The position numbers and the translations under genes are program-made. Of a stretch of DNA of 64,000 nucleotides, positions 12,933-27,760 are shown one piece after another (position 1 is the stretch's first letter; every line of letters begins with the position of its first letter). The stretch lies in NCBI GenBank assembly GCA_964016885.1, contig OZ024740.1, positions 278,256,001 through 278,320,000 on the forward strand. The letters are read 5' to 3'. This DNA comes from Eledone cirrhosa. Its lineage: Eukaryota. The notes beneath the pieces are model-generated. The model was not told where the DNA came from and ran no database searches. It saw only the letters and a program-made list of their open reading frames with translations.

Positions 12933-14490
12933 ATACTTGGGCAGGGTCATATTGTTGTAATAATGTGCCAGAAATAATGACAGAACACACTCACTGTTTG
13001 GTTGGTTTTCGCTTCTGCATCTTTTATAACACCATAGTTAATTAATTTGGCATTCAACGTTTATCATTGATTGACCAACGGTTAAAAATACAGATATAAA
13101 TATATATATATAGTCTATCAAAGTTCTTTCGTTGCACATCTGCAACATCATCAGTGGTACTATTGTGTTTCCTCATGTTGTATTGTATGTCTACGCCATT
13201 TTTATTTTATTTTTTTATTTATTTATTTCTTCTTCTCTCCGTCTCTGTGTATAATGTTTGGTGTGTGTATAATGTTTGGTGTGTGTGTTCGCGTTTGGGT
13301 GTATGTGTTTTTATTTTTGTATTCTAACTTTGTTTATTAGTGTGTGTTTATATGTGTTTGTTGTTATTGTACCTGTGTATATATTTATTTATTTATTTGG
13401 ATTTCCCTTAAGTTGGTATTGTTTGTTGGGGTATGGTTGTTGTTATTCCATTCATTTTTTCTGTTTAACTTTGATCTTCTTAGCTCTATCTCCGTTGCTT
13501 CTCTGATTTGCCTACCTGGTGAGTCATTTCTATGTTTAGATATTATTTTAATTTCTATGTTGTCTATATGACTGTCATGTTGTTGTCTGGCGTGTTCGTA
13601 TAGTACTGAACCGTTTTTTTGTCCTTTTAGTTACCCCCAGTGTTGGCCTATCCTTTCTCCTATGCTACGAGCTGTCTCACCTATGTATGTTGTTGTCATG
13701 TTTCTGCAAGTACCCTCTGTGCATCTTATGCTATAAACTACATTTCTAGTTTTACACTTTATCCGGGGGTTTACTTTACATATAACACATTTCCTATTAG
13801 TAGAGTGGGTTTTCTTAAAAGGGTATATTTTGCAGATCTGGGATTTTATGGTAGTTCTTGGCTTTTCTACCACTTTAATCTTTAAATGGGTCATTCTTAG
13901 GGCCTTTCTACATAGGTTAGCTAATTTCCCTCCAGGTGTAGCGTCCACGAACATGACACTCTGGTATCTCTGGTTATCGTACCATGAAGTGGATTTCCCT
14001 ATCTTATGTTTAGTCCTATCTAATCTATTCCATGATTTGCTCCTGTATAATGGGCAAATTCCTTTCATGTCCATTTCTGTGAGGGTCTTATATTTCTCCG
14101 TGGCTCCTTTGTATACTCTGATTCTGTCTCTTTGGTTGTATCCAGAGAACTGCATGCGGTTGATGAAGTGTTGGATGTGTCTTTCCATTTCAGTTGGGTC
14201 GCACATGCAGGACACATTCTTCATCACTCGTACCAAGTCTGCGATCAGAATATTAAACTTAGCACTATTGGACATTGCTGAGTTTTTGAGTATCAGGTAT
14301 TTGGAGGCCATGGGTTTAGCATAGTGTGAGTGGAGAATATGGGCCCTCTCGTCTATAGTGTTAATCCAGAGTTCCGTGTCTAATACTGACAGTCTATTGT
14401 TAGGGTGTTTGGAAGGATAGTCAACAGTTACAGTTATACTCTGGTGTATGGAGTTAGCTATCTGCTGGATGCTCTCATTTGTGCTATCTT
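12928..14490 (-). mobile_element. Penelope-like element 3' portion: RT C-terminus, Cys-rich linker, GIY-YIG endonuclease and terminal repeat
   Basis: ORF 13631..14563 has LSVLDTELW, HYAKPM, RMQFSGY, IKVVEK, CVIC..C and NVVYSIRC...YIGETARSIGERIGQH. Flanked by (TA)n. Terminal region is repeated at ~29.5, 30.5-31.1 and 53.1-53.7 kb. Confidence 0.9.
13116..13159 (-). ncRNA. Minimal hammerhead ribozyme motif in the PLE terminal repeat
   Basis: TACCA-CTGATGA-T-GTTGCA gatg TGCAAC-GAAA-GAAC-TT-TGATA. One mismatch in helix I. Same strand as the PLE ORF. Confidence 0.65.
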
Positions 14491-15309
14491 CTAAATCATG
14501 TTTATTAGTATATATATACATATATATATATATATAATGGACTCTCCCGTCGATATCCGACATACAGTATGAGTGTCCAACAAAAGCTCAGCTTTCTGGA
14601 TGGTGGTGTCTCGTGTGACATTCCAATCCCGCTAGTAACAGCTTGTGCTAGAACGGCCATCAACACAGCAGTCGCCATAGTGCAAAGATCCAGTATTATC
14701 CTCTACCTGTCCCTATCACTGTCGCCCCACCACCTCCGGTCTCTGCCTCCAAAAGACTGGCGGAAATGTGAGAAAGTGAACTGATGTTGAATATCCACAC
14801 AAATATATAAGTTTAAACTCTGTGGTTTATCAATGGGAGAATTGGTAATTCTGCAATGTTAATCATGGCGTAATATGAGAAGCACTCAACGTTATTAACT
14901 CATCCAGAGACAGCGAGGCATGATAAGAACATGCTGCCTCGTTCGTTACTGAGTCAAAAACAAAACCATAAACACATGTTTTCTTCTCTGTTTTTTCCTT
15001 TGCTTTTTTTCATGCTAATTTCCTTAAAGTTTACCTTCTTTCCGTTGGTGTACGCAATTTACACCTGCAGATGTCACCAGGTTCTTACGCAACCTGACCA
15101 CTGAAATGTGCATAGTGTTTGCAGAAATAAATAATTTGTGTGTGTGTGTGTGTGTGTGTGTGTAGGTGTGGGTGTGTGGGTGTATGTGTGTGTGTGTGTG
15201 GGGGTGGGTATATAAATAGGGAGACACAAAGCAGGATTTGTTTACAAACGGCTAGCGAATTTGAAAATTAGGTAGTAACATGTGCTTATGCCGTATTTTA
15301 CTAAGACTA

Positions 15310-16475
<1,166 letters not shown>

Positions 16476-16479
<4 letters not shown>

Positions 16480-16830
16480 GTTTCTACTTTAGGCACAAGG
16501 CCAGCAATTACCCAGTGCATTACTGGTACTTTATTTTATCGACCCCGTAAGGATGAAAGGCAAAGTTATATATATATATATAATATAAAATCAAAAGATG
16601 GTTAAAAGAGTTCCATGTATTTTATTATGTGCATTTCAAAAACAAATATCATCATGGGATGATATTTGCGTTCTCATCAGATAAAATAAGGAGACATGAT
16701 ATGAAGCTTAAAAAACACTTGCGAGCAGTGAAGTGTTGACTTTGCCTTTCATCCTTACGGGGTCGATAAAATAAAGTACCAGTAATGCACTGGATAATTG
16801 CTGGCCTTGTGCCTAAAGTAGAAACAAATA
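16476..16830. mobile_element. Two truncated SINE family A copies (- 16476-16568; + 16735-16830)
   Basis: Core and tail match the family. Confidence 0.85.
16618..16688 (-). ncRNA. Type I hammerhead ribozyme motif
   Basis: Minus strand: TATTTTAT-CTGATGA-GAACGCAAATATCATC ccat GATGATATTTGTTTTT-GAAA-TGCACA-TA-ATAAAATA. Perfect 8-bp helix I, long helix II. Confidence 0.8.
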
Positions 16831-17420
16831 TTTTATATTATTTATACTCCAGTCCTATAAACTGTTGAGTGCTACTTATCCGATATTTGTATTGCTTTAT
16901 TGTGCTACAATAAAACTCACCTCCTACATTATATATATATATATATATAGGTTTTGTTTGTTTGTTTGTTTGTGTTTTTGTTGTTATTGGGTTTTTTTGT
17001 TTGTTTTGTTGTTTGTTTTGTTGTTATTCGAGGGATATCCGAAATTTGAGTGGAAGCACATTTGATTTAGATCCGTTGCGACATAAATAGAACCTCTTCA
17101 AACAAATGAATAAACGGAATGGATAAGAGGAATACTGGGTATGAAATACAAAGATCTAGATAAATGTAGGTAAATAGATTTAAATATGTTTTTGTGTATT
17201 ACAGGTGTTTTTTCTCGCATGCTTCACTTCTTTTAAGAATATAGCTCATTTTTTTTTTGTATTTGTATTTGTTTTTGTGTTTTTGTTTTTGTTTTTGTTT
17301 TTGTGTGTGTTTTTGTTGTTGTTATTTACTCTTCTTTCAACCTCAACGACAAATGCCAACATACAGTCCGTAGTTGGAACTACTGCTGTCTCTTTTGCAG
17401 CCACAGATTCTGTGACTGCT

Positions 17421-17424
<4 letters not shown>

Positions 17425-17452
<28 letters not shown>

Positions 17453-17545
17453 AGTTGTCGCTGCTGTTTCTCTAACTTCGAGTTGCGCTATATAGTAGAA
17501 TCATATCACCGTTCTACCAGCACCACCGTTACCATTATCATTGTC

Positions 17546-17585
<40 letters not shown>

Positions 17586-18033
17586 TTACTACTACTACTA
17601 CTATCCTCACTACTACTACTACGACTATTACTACTACTACTACTACTACTACTACTACATATACTACTATTACTACTATTAATAGTATTACTATTACTAC
17701 TACTACTAATACTAATACTACTACTACTACTACTACTATTACTACACCTATCTTCGCGTTGGTTTTAATCCAAGGAATTCCTGTCATTATTATATCACTA
17801 GAGATCATCATCACCTCCATAACAATCACCATCTCAACCACCATCATAATTTCACTACATGTTGTTTGTTTTTCAAATCTAATAGAGAGATAGTGTGGCC
17901 GGTGAAATCTAAAAACTTGTAATATAAACAATGTCCCACGGGTAGATTGGTGGAGAGAACAAGACATTGGATAGTTTCTATAGGTGGATGGATAGATGGA
18001 TAGACAGACAGAGAGATTGATAAATAGATAAAT

Positions 18034-18118
<85 letters not shown>
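17425..18118. repeat. (GCT)n, (ACT)n, (GATA)n and (GA)n microsatellites
   Basis: Directly visible. They explain the poly-A/T/V/L ORFs. Confidence 0.95.
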
Positions 18119-18120
<2 letters not shown>

Positions 18121-19627
18121 TCTGTCTCTATATAGATACATAGATAGATTCAGTGAGTAATTGGCTCCGTTCGCTGTCGGTGCTAAACAGATTTTCTCGC
18201 TGTTGCCTTCAAATAAACAAATAAACATTTCGGAACTTCTTAACTCCAACTAAACTATTATTTTCACGAGGAATAAAGCGCCTAAACTGACTTCAAAAGG
18301 AAAAATAATTAAAGAGTAACAAAAATACTACTGAAATAGGAATGACTTGCCCGAGGATGCAGGTAAGACCAAAATATTTCATACTTTTTATATTGTATTT
18401 CTTCATTTCTTTTCAGCATATTTCAGCTTCTGATTTGCATGACAGAAGAAAAAAAATACATATATAAATAATACACAATTTTTATCACCATAAAAGGCAT
18501 TCGTAACTATTATTGTTGTTGTTGCTGTTGTTGCTGTTGTCGTTCTTAATGGTGATGTCGTCATCAATGTTGTTTATGTATGACTTATTCAGAAGAGGAA
18601 AGGCGGTACTTATGGCACTTATAGGGCCTCAGAGTCTTGTAAGCGGAGAGGGAGGAATAAACAATTGGGCTACTATAATAGTAAGAAGCAGCACTCCAAA
18701 ATACCTGATTATCCTCAAAGCTGAGATCTGGTCTAAAAAATGTTATATGGGTGAACTCCGCTAAAGGTGCCTATGGGACAGGTGGTGATATAAATCTGAG
18801 TAACAGATTAAGGAAACCACAAAAAAGTTTGTTTTTGTTATTTTTTAAAGTTAGAAACCTGACTCCCAGATGTTTTCTGTTAACACGATTACACATTGTT
18901 AAACAGTATTGAACCTACAACCACTTGATGGTAAATCAAACATCCTATCCGTACACCAATTTTAACCTGCGCCCATATGTTTGTCGCCCATGTTTTTGCG
19001 GTTTCATTGCTCTTGTCATTGACCAGATCTAATGAATTTCAAAACAAATGTAAAAAATATATTTGTGACTCAACGACTGATGTGATTATGTGGATTCCAT
19101 GCGTTTCTGAAAAAAAACCTATTTAGTTGGAATGACGTAAAGGTTCACGACAATACCCCAGAGTGATAATTTCTTTCTAATAGAATCTACTCCTCACGAT
19201 ATAATCATGTATTCGGTGTGTGTAGCTGGAGGTGGTTGTATGTTCATGTGTGCGTAAGTGTTTATATGTATGTATGCACATATGTATATACGAAGAGTTT
19301 TACTTTAGACATGAAACTAAACGCATTCTCTACAATATATATACACACACACAGAGACATCCACACACACACATATATATATATAGATGTATGTGTGTCT
19401 ATTTAAATATATATATATATATATGTGCGTATATATACATATATATATGTGTGTGAGTATTTGTATTTGTGTATGTATGTGCGTATGCATGTGTCTATGC
19501 ATATATATATATGTGTGTGTGAAGGTATGTATGTACGTATATGTAGGTACGTATATGAATATATTTATGAATGTATTTATATGTTTGTTTAGATATATAT
19601 ATGTGTGTGTGTGTGAGTGTGTGTGTG

Positions 19628-20780
<1,153 letters not shown>

Positions 20781-20804
20781 TATATATATATATATTATAT
20801 ATTA

Positions 20805-20850
<46 letters not shown>

Positions 20851-21092
20851 CATTTTTATTCATTAACTTAGACTGCGGCCATGCTGGGACATAGCTATAA
20901 AGGGGTTTTTAGTTGATCACATTGACCCCAATAATAATTTATCTCACCTGTAGTACTTTACCCCGACCCGACTTTATACTAAAGTTTAGCCCTGTAGCTT
21001 GATGTGTAAACTTAACAATAATAGAGAAAATTTAGAATTTTAAATGTGGGTATTCCAATCAAATAAACATTAATATAATTGATCGCTATAAA

Positions 21093-21279
21093 TAATTGTT
21101 TCTACTTTAGGAACAAGGCCAGCAATTACCCAGTGCATTACTGGTACTTTATTTTATCGACCCCGTAAGGATGAAAGGCAAAGTTAACCTCGGCCGGATT
21201 TGAACTCAGATCGTAAATGGACGCAACTATGCTGGAAAGCATGTCCGACCCTCCACCGATACTGCCAATTCACCGCCCT
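21093..21279 (-). mobile_element. SINE family A, full length, with 15-bp target-site duplication
   Basis: ATCGCTATAAATAAT on both sides (21082 and 21281). Confidence 0.9.
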
Positions 21280-21530
21280 CATCGCTATAAATAATAGTTC
21301 AGAATATAAATAGCCTTGGTTTCAATATATCTTCTCTTTTAGACTTTTATCGATTCTACTCATTAGACTAAGGCTATGCTGGGCCCAGGTCTACTTTAGT
21401 AGATCATATCGAACTTAGTAGCCATTTATTGAAGTTGGGAATATAACTTATCAATCCCTATTTCACTAAATTACGTGCCATAAAAACAAGCACAGGCACA
21501 CACGTAAACAGAGAGGCACACACACGCACA

Positions 21531-21625
<95 letters not shown>

Positions 21626-21955
21626 TGTGTAGTGAGTTCTCTAAACACACTCTGACTAGACTTGGGGTGTCATTATCATTAATTATCATCAGGTTAATAT
21701 TTCTATACCTACAAATTGATTCTTAAATGTTTACACGTATCAATCATTGAACTGTAGAACAACTGACGTACCATCTTCAAGAGTTTTAAACGATCATAAT
21801 GATACCAATAATTATTTCAGTCTACTAAATATTTCATTCATTTCTATTACGGCTCATAATACAGTATAAACACAATACAGATTTTTTACCGACGTAAACG
21901 CAACCACTGCCACATACATACGTGAATAAGTATGCACACACAAAAACGAATAAAT

Positions 21956-22023
<68 letters not shown>

Positions 22024-22114
22024 GTACACACATACACACACATATTAAATCCTTACACATTCTAAAAAAGACATGGAAAAGCATGAAGAAGAAGAAGAAG
22101 AAGAAGAAGAAGAA

Positions 22115-24030
22115 GATATGAGGGCAGAGTTAGCCAGTATAGATAAAACCACGTTTGACAACAAACAGATGTTATTTGAACACCTTGAAGGGAAAGAAAG
22201 AGGCAATGATGCTATTCTTGAAGCTGAATGGAACAAAATATTTTGGAGAGGGATATGTGACCAGGATACTGAGCATAATAGTCGAGCAGAGTGCATTGGG
22301 GCAGTTAAAAGAAGGGTAATGAACAAGCAGACCAACAACCTGATTTGAAAATCTCGATTGAAACCCTCATTAACCAGCTGGAAATCACAAGCCCCAGATG
22401 GTGTACAAGGATATTGGACTAAAAATATAATTCTCTCTCCGAAAGAAGACCCGTGGTACAAAAGACCAGTTACTATTTGACAAGATAATAATAAGGAACT
22501 GCAAGAGGTGGCATGTTGGTCTTGCTATGGGGTGGATAGATTACAAGAAGGCATTCAACAAGGTTCCTCAAGTATCTGAAAATCTTCAAGGGGACGGATA
22601 ACATCAGAATACTATTAAGTAAGAGCATGAAGTCATGGGAAACAGAGCTAACATCAGAGGAAGAATCCATGGAAGGAGTGAAAATCCAGAGAGGTATCGT
22701 GCTTACTCTCATATCCTTGTCTCATGTATTGCGAAGAGTGAAGAAAGGATACGAACTGGGAAGAGGAGAGTTTATCATCAACCCTATCCACTTCATGGAC
22801 GACCTAAAACATTTAGGGTAAGTGAGGAGTTGAATTTACTTGTTGACACTGTCCGTATTTTCAGCAATGATATATGTATGAAATTTGGTGTTAGTAAGTA
22901 CTGAGAAGAGATCAATTGAAGAGAAGCAAAGGAATCAAAGTGATAAAGGGTGAGATGAGGGATATAGGTATTTGGGTATTCTGGAGGCAGATAACACCAA
23001 GGATGATAAATGAAAGAGATGATAAGATCTGAATACACAAGGAGAGTAAGTAACATACTAAAATTATAGCTGAATTGTAGAAATGCCATAAGTGCAGTAC
23101 ATTCTCGAGCTGTGTTTATTATTAGATACAAGACAAGAATTCTTAAATGGAATGTAAGCAATCAAAACGAATTGGATAGAAAGACAACGAAATTAATGAC
23201 TACCTACAGTATGTTTCATAACAAGGGTGATGTCCATAGAGCGTACTTATGGAGATCTGAAGGTGAAAGAGGTTTAATTAGTGTGGATGACTGTTTACGC
23301 AAATTATGTGTCTGAGAGTAATGAGTCAATCCTAAGGCTGTATTGAAGAAGACAATAGACAAAGGGATTTCCAAGAAAGAAGTAACAAGGAGGAAGAATA
23401 AGCTGAATGAAAAGGTCCTTCATAGCATCGTTTTGAAGAAGAATTCAGAAGAATTCAGAGATCTGCAGATGTGAAACTGGTTAAAGAAAGGGGACCTTGA
23501 GAAAACTACTGAGGGCTACGCAGGAGCAAGCCCTTATAACGAAGTGGACGAAACATCATATTAACAAGGAGGAGGCTAGTAGGCTCTGTAGGATCTGTGA
23601 AGGGAGAGAGGAAATTGTGGCTCATATCATATCCGAGTGTAATCATCTAGCCCAGACTCACTATAAAGGATAGAAGCATGATATCATAGGAAAAGTGATT
23701 CATTGGCATTTATGCAAACTAAACAAATTACCTCATTCTGAGAAATAATATGATTGTAGGTGATGGAACATGATCGGGTGAAGCTGTTGTGGGATTTCAG
23801 GATACAAACGGACAAAGAATTAGAACACAATAGCCTGAATTGGTGGTTTTTGACAAGGAAAAAAGATCTTGCTTGATAAAAGATGTAGTTTACTCCTTTA
23901 ACGCAAGAGTTTAAGAAAGGGAGAAGGAAAAGAGCTTCCAAAGCTGGTAAAATAATATTAGCCCAGTCCCCTTTTTTAACATTCCAGAAGGCATGCCTAC
24001 TGGGAACAGCAAGGACCCTCGGAATATCTG
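22115..24030 (+). mobile_element. Decayed Dong/R4-clade non-LTR retrotransposon (RT, CCHC, restriction-like endonuclease)
   Basis: Motifs across frames: WKSQAPDGVQGYW, DYKKAF, IQRGI, HFMDDLK, MKFGVSK, ELDRKTTKLMT, LWRSEGERGLISV, CRICE..EIVAHIISEC, KLLWDFRIQTD, QKACLLGTAR. Confidence 0.85.
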
Positions 24031-24117
24031 AGGCTGCATATAGCGGCTTAATGTTCATTAGGGCACATTTTTCGGTTAAATAAAAATAATGACTGAAATA
24101 TCAAAGTAATTATAATA

Positions 24118-24604
24118 ATAATTGTTTCTACTTTAGGCGCAAGACCAGCAATTTGAAGAGGAGGGGAAAGTCGTTTAAATCGACCCCAGTGCATTACTGG
24201 GACTTTATTTTGTTGACTCCATTATTATGAAAGCCAAAGCTAACTTCGGCGGGATTTGGAATCAGAATGTAAAGGGCCGTAATTCCATGATCCGGCGCTC
24301 TACCGATTCTGCCAATGTTAACTTCGTCGGAATTTGAACTCAAACCGTAAAGGGCTGTAACTCGATGCCGCGAAGCTTGTTGTCCAATGCTCTACAATAA
24401 TAATAATAATAGTTGTTTCTACTTTTGGCACAAGGCCAGCAATTACCCCAGTCCAGTGTATTACTGGTACTTTATTTTATCGACCCCGTAAGGATGAAAG
24501 GCAAAATTAACCTCGGCGGGATTTGAACTCAGGCCGTAAAGGGACGTAACTCTATGCTGCAAAGCATGGCATCCGATCCTCTACCGATACTGCTAATCCA
24601 CCGC
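24118..24604 (-). mobile_element. Three tandem SINE family A copies (long form, fragment, short form)
   Basis: 24118-24316, 24317-24395 and 24410-24604, separated or flanked by (TAA)n. Confidence 0.85.
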
Positions 24605-24606
24605 TT

Positions 24607-24640
<34 letters not shown>

Positions 24641-24662
24641 TTAATAATAATAATAATAATAA

Positions 24663-25000
24663 TTGAATGCAAGGAATAGGATCGATGCCATAAACACGCT
24701 TGCCATACCAGTAGTAACCTACAGTTACAATGTCATCAACTGGTCAAGCACAGAGATCCGTAGGCTCGATACAAAAATTCGAAAATTCTTAACCATGCAC
24801 AGAATGCATCACCATAAGGCAGATATAGATAGAATATATCTCCCTAGGAAAGAAGGAGGACGTGGGTTAATCCAGTTAGACATTGCGTTGAAAACTGCAA
24901 CAATTGGATTATCTACATATCTAAGGGAATCACATGATTGGATGATCAAACTCGTTTTGAAACACGAAAGCATCAAAAGATCATATTCCATTAAATACTA
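24663..25000 (+). mobile_element. Second Dong/R4-clade fragment (post-RT region, open frame)
   Basis: NARNRIDAINTLAIPVVTYS..INW..LDTKIRKFLTMHRMHHHKADIDRIYLPRKEGGRGLIQL, directly after a (TAA)n tract. Confidence 0.85.
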
Positions 25001-25367
25001 TAAGCTACTAATCACTCCGTGGATACAAGATGAATAACTTTTTTTTTTGTGATGAGGATCCCAAAAGACAAACACGTAGTCAAACCCATCCCACTTTTTT
25101 CTACTTACGGAGAAATAGAAACCTATGATGTATTCCATTAATGTAGTGGATTGTTATCAAAAATTGTTTATCTTATATTGCATTTCAAATCAAAATGTCC
25201 TTCTAAGTTAGCGAGAAAAATATCTTATGGCTTCTTCTATCCAGTTTATATGTGTATCTAAAAGCATGTGTACCTCTAATCATTGACTAATATAGTGACG
25301 TTACTAAATGTTTTAAAGCAAAAACAGAAATCTAATTTGAATTTTGCAAATTCACTCTGTTAGCCAA

Positions 25368-25533
25368 ATAATTGTTTCTACTTTAGGCACAAGGCCAGCA
25401 ATTACCCAGTACATTACTGGTACTTTATTTTATCGACCCCGTAAGGATGAAAGGCAAAGTTAACCTCGGCGGGATTTGAACTCAGACTGTAAAGGGACGT
25501 AACTATGCTAGAAAGCATGGCGTCTAACCCTCT
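25368..25533 (-). mobile_element. SINE family A with 19-bp target-site duplication
   Basis: ACTCTGTTAGCCAAATAAT on both sides (25354 and 25534). Confidence 0.9.
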
Positions 25534-26814
25534 ACTCTGTTAGCCAAATAATGTAAATACGCAAGACTTTACTGAATTTTTTTTAACATTCTATACTTTC
25601 CCTGTTATCTAAATTTCAGTGTTACAACTTTGTATTTTAATTAGAAACGGGCCCTTTTTTATAGATATTGTCCAAAGTAGTCCTAAAAGAGTCCTATACA
25701 TAATGTTATTTCTGGCAAACGTCATTTATTCATGTACAACTACACAGAACATACATTAAATATTGAAATTGCCATCCCAGTTAACCATATTTCAGGTGAA
25801 AATCTATTGTTCAGGTCATCGAATGACAATGCAATTTGAACAAGCAAACTTTTCTATGAAGTGTCTCGTATTTAGTGAGATTTTTTTGCAAACATTCAAA
25901 AATCGAAAATATCGACAGGTGATGATTGCAATGTCCTTAAGCGAATGTTACAAGTAAATAGTAAAGGATAGATTACATGAGTGTGTCATTGTGAAACTGT
26001 ATAGAGATATCTTTGTGTTTGTTACTTCAACTTTGAACGGCTACTCGCGCTGACAAACGTGATTCATTAGTGCACTACTCACATATCTGGGATGATGTAG
26101 CTGCATAAAAGCATTCTAGACAGCATTCAAAACATAGTTTTCACTGATTGGCAAAACTTCATTCATAATCACGCTACTTCCACACGGTCACCGATTCATT
26201 ATTCTGCTTCTGCTATCGCTGCTGCTATTGGTTTAGTACCTCTAGATTCACAAACTGTACACCTTGTCCAACATTCACCTATATTTTCTCTTCTCTTTAT
26301 CTACGTTCTGTTTCAATCTCCCAAATTGTTACTAAACACTTTCTTGATCGTCAATCGAACGAAACTAACATTTTGACACGCCTACAGAGTTTAGCTTTTA
26401 CTTACAGTTAACAACCTACTAATTGTCAAATTAAATATCAACTGTGACAACTTCACCAGACTAAATTCACGCTTGATTAGGAATGTTTAAAATCTAATAT
26501 TCATGTGTTTGTATATATGTGTGCTTGTGTGTGTGTATATATATGTGTGTGTATGTATGTGTGTATGTATGTGTGTGTATGTATGTGTATGTGTGTATGT
26601 ATGTGTTTCAGTGTGTGATAAATAAGATATAAAGATTATAATTCGTACAACAGGTCTTATCTCGTTGATTATACGCATTGTTGGACGAAGCGGAATAAAC
26701 AGAATTGTTTCACATTAACAATAACTTGAATGAACTCCATCTCTAATTAATCGTGTTCTATCTAATAACCAATCTGCTCTAAAGTATTGTGTGGATGGAT
26801 GAATGGATGGATGC

Positions 26815-27115
26815 CAATCCGTCCGTTCCGACGACGAGTGTTCCAAATGATCCGATCAACGGAACAGCCTGCTCGTGAAATTAACGTGCAAGTGACTGAG
26901 CATTCCACAGACACACGTACCCTTAACGTAGTTCTCTGGGAGATTCAGCGTTACACCGAAAGTGACAAGGCTGGCCCTTCGAATTACAGATACAAATCAT
27001 TTTTGTCAGCTGAGTGGACCTGAGCAACGTAAAATAAAGTGTCTTGCTCAAGGACACAGCGTGCTGTCGGGAATCGTGAGCCGAATACCTTAACCACAAA
27101 TCCGCGTACCTTCAC
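26815..27115 (-). mobile_element. SINE family C (cephalopod tRNA-type)
   Basis: GTGTCTTGCTCAAGGACAC segment and AATTAACGTGCAAGTGACTGAGCATTCCACAGACAC segment, which I recall as a common octopus SINE. Confidence 0.65.
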
Positions 27116-27339
27116 TAAAGCGTTGTGGAAGGACGACCTACTAACGTATACGTTATGGCCTTCTCAAAACTCCCTGTTGTGAAATAAAATCAAATACCCC
27201 AATTCATTATGCGTGGGTTAAAATGGAACTAACACCTACAGAAAACAAATCTTAGCAACATTCAATAATTACTGAAACGATTCTAAGATTAATAGGTCTT
27301 CTTTGATATTACATTTACAAAACACTAAAACTCATGTCA

Positions 27340-27760
27340 GCCATTTAGTAACATACCTTATGTGTTGGGCAATTACTCTGGAGGTCACACCTAATCGTTC
27401 GACCAACTCCCTACGTGTGAGAGTTTCTACTCTGAGCTGCACAGGGACTACACAAATACAATACCTCTGATAAACACCTAAAGACGAGCTATTTAACGAT
27501 CTAGTGTCATCAGACAAGTGCTCAGAGGATTCATTAAGAGAATAAGTAACTTACACATATAGGAAGATATTTTCGACAGAACTAAAGAATACTACAGCGT
27601 GGCGTTTCTCTGTAGTTATGACAAAGAGAAACAATACTGTTTACTAGTAGCAAAAAATGCCTGATCTGAACATACTTGAAAAGAGTAGGCCACCATATAA
27701 CGCGAAGACAAGGTGTGGTTGACTTAATTCTTCATTTTGTTTATCATAAAATCATTTCTG
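27340..27760 (-). mobile_element. Possible mariner transposase N-terminal remnant
   Basis: VETLTRRELVERLGVTSRVIAQHIR resembles the mariner second HTH. Heavily decayed. Confidence 0.4.

Noticed and set aside
18363-18416. GTAAGA...TTTTCAG intron-like segment
   Set aside because: Only 54 nt, with no convincing flanking exons or ORF.
27500-27520. CTGATGA on the minus strand (similar hits at 45471, 47082 and 50850)
   Set aside because: No properly placed helix II, GAAA and helix I, so these are chance matches.
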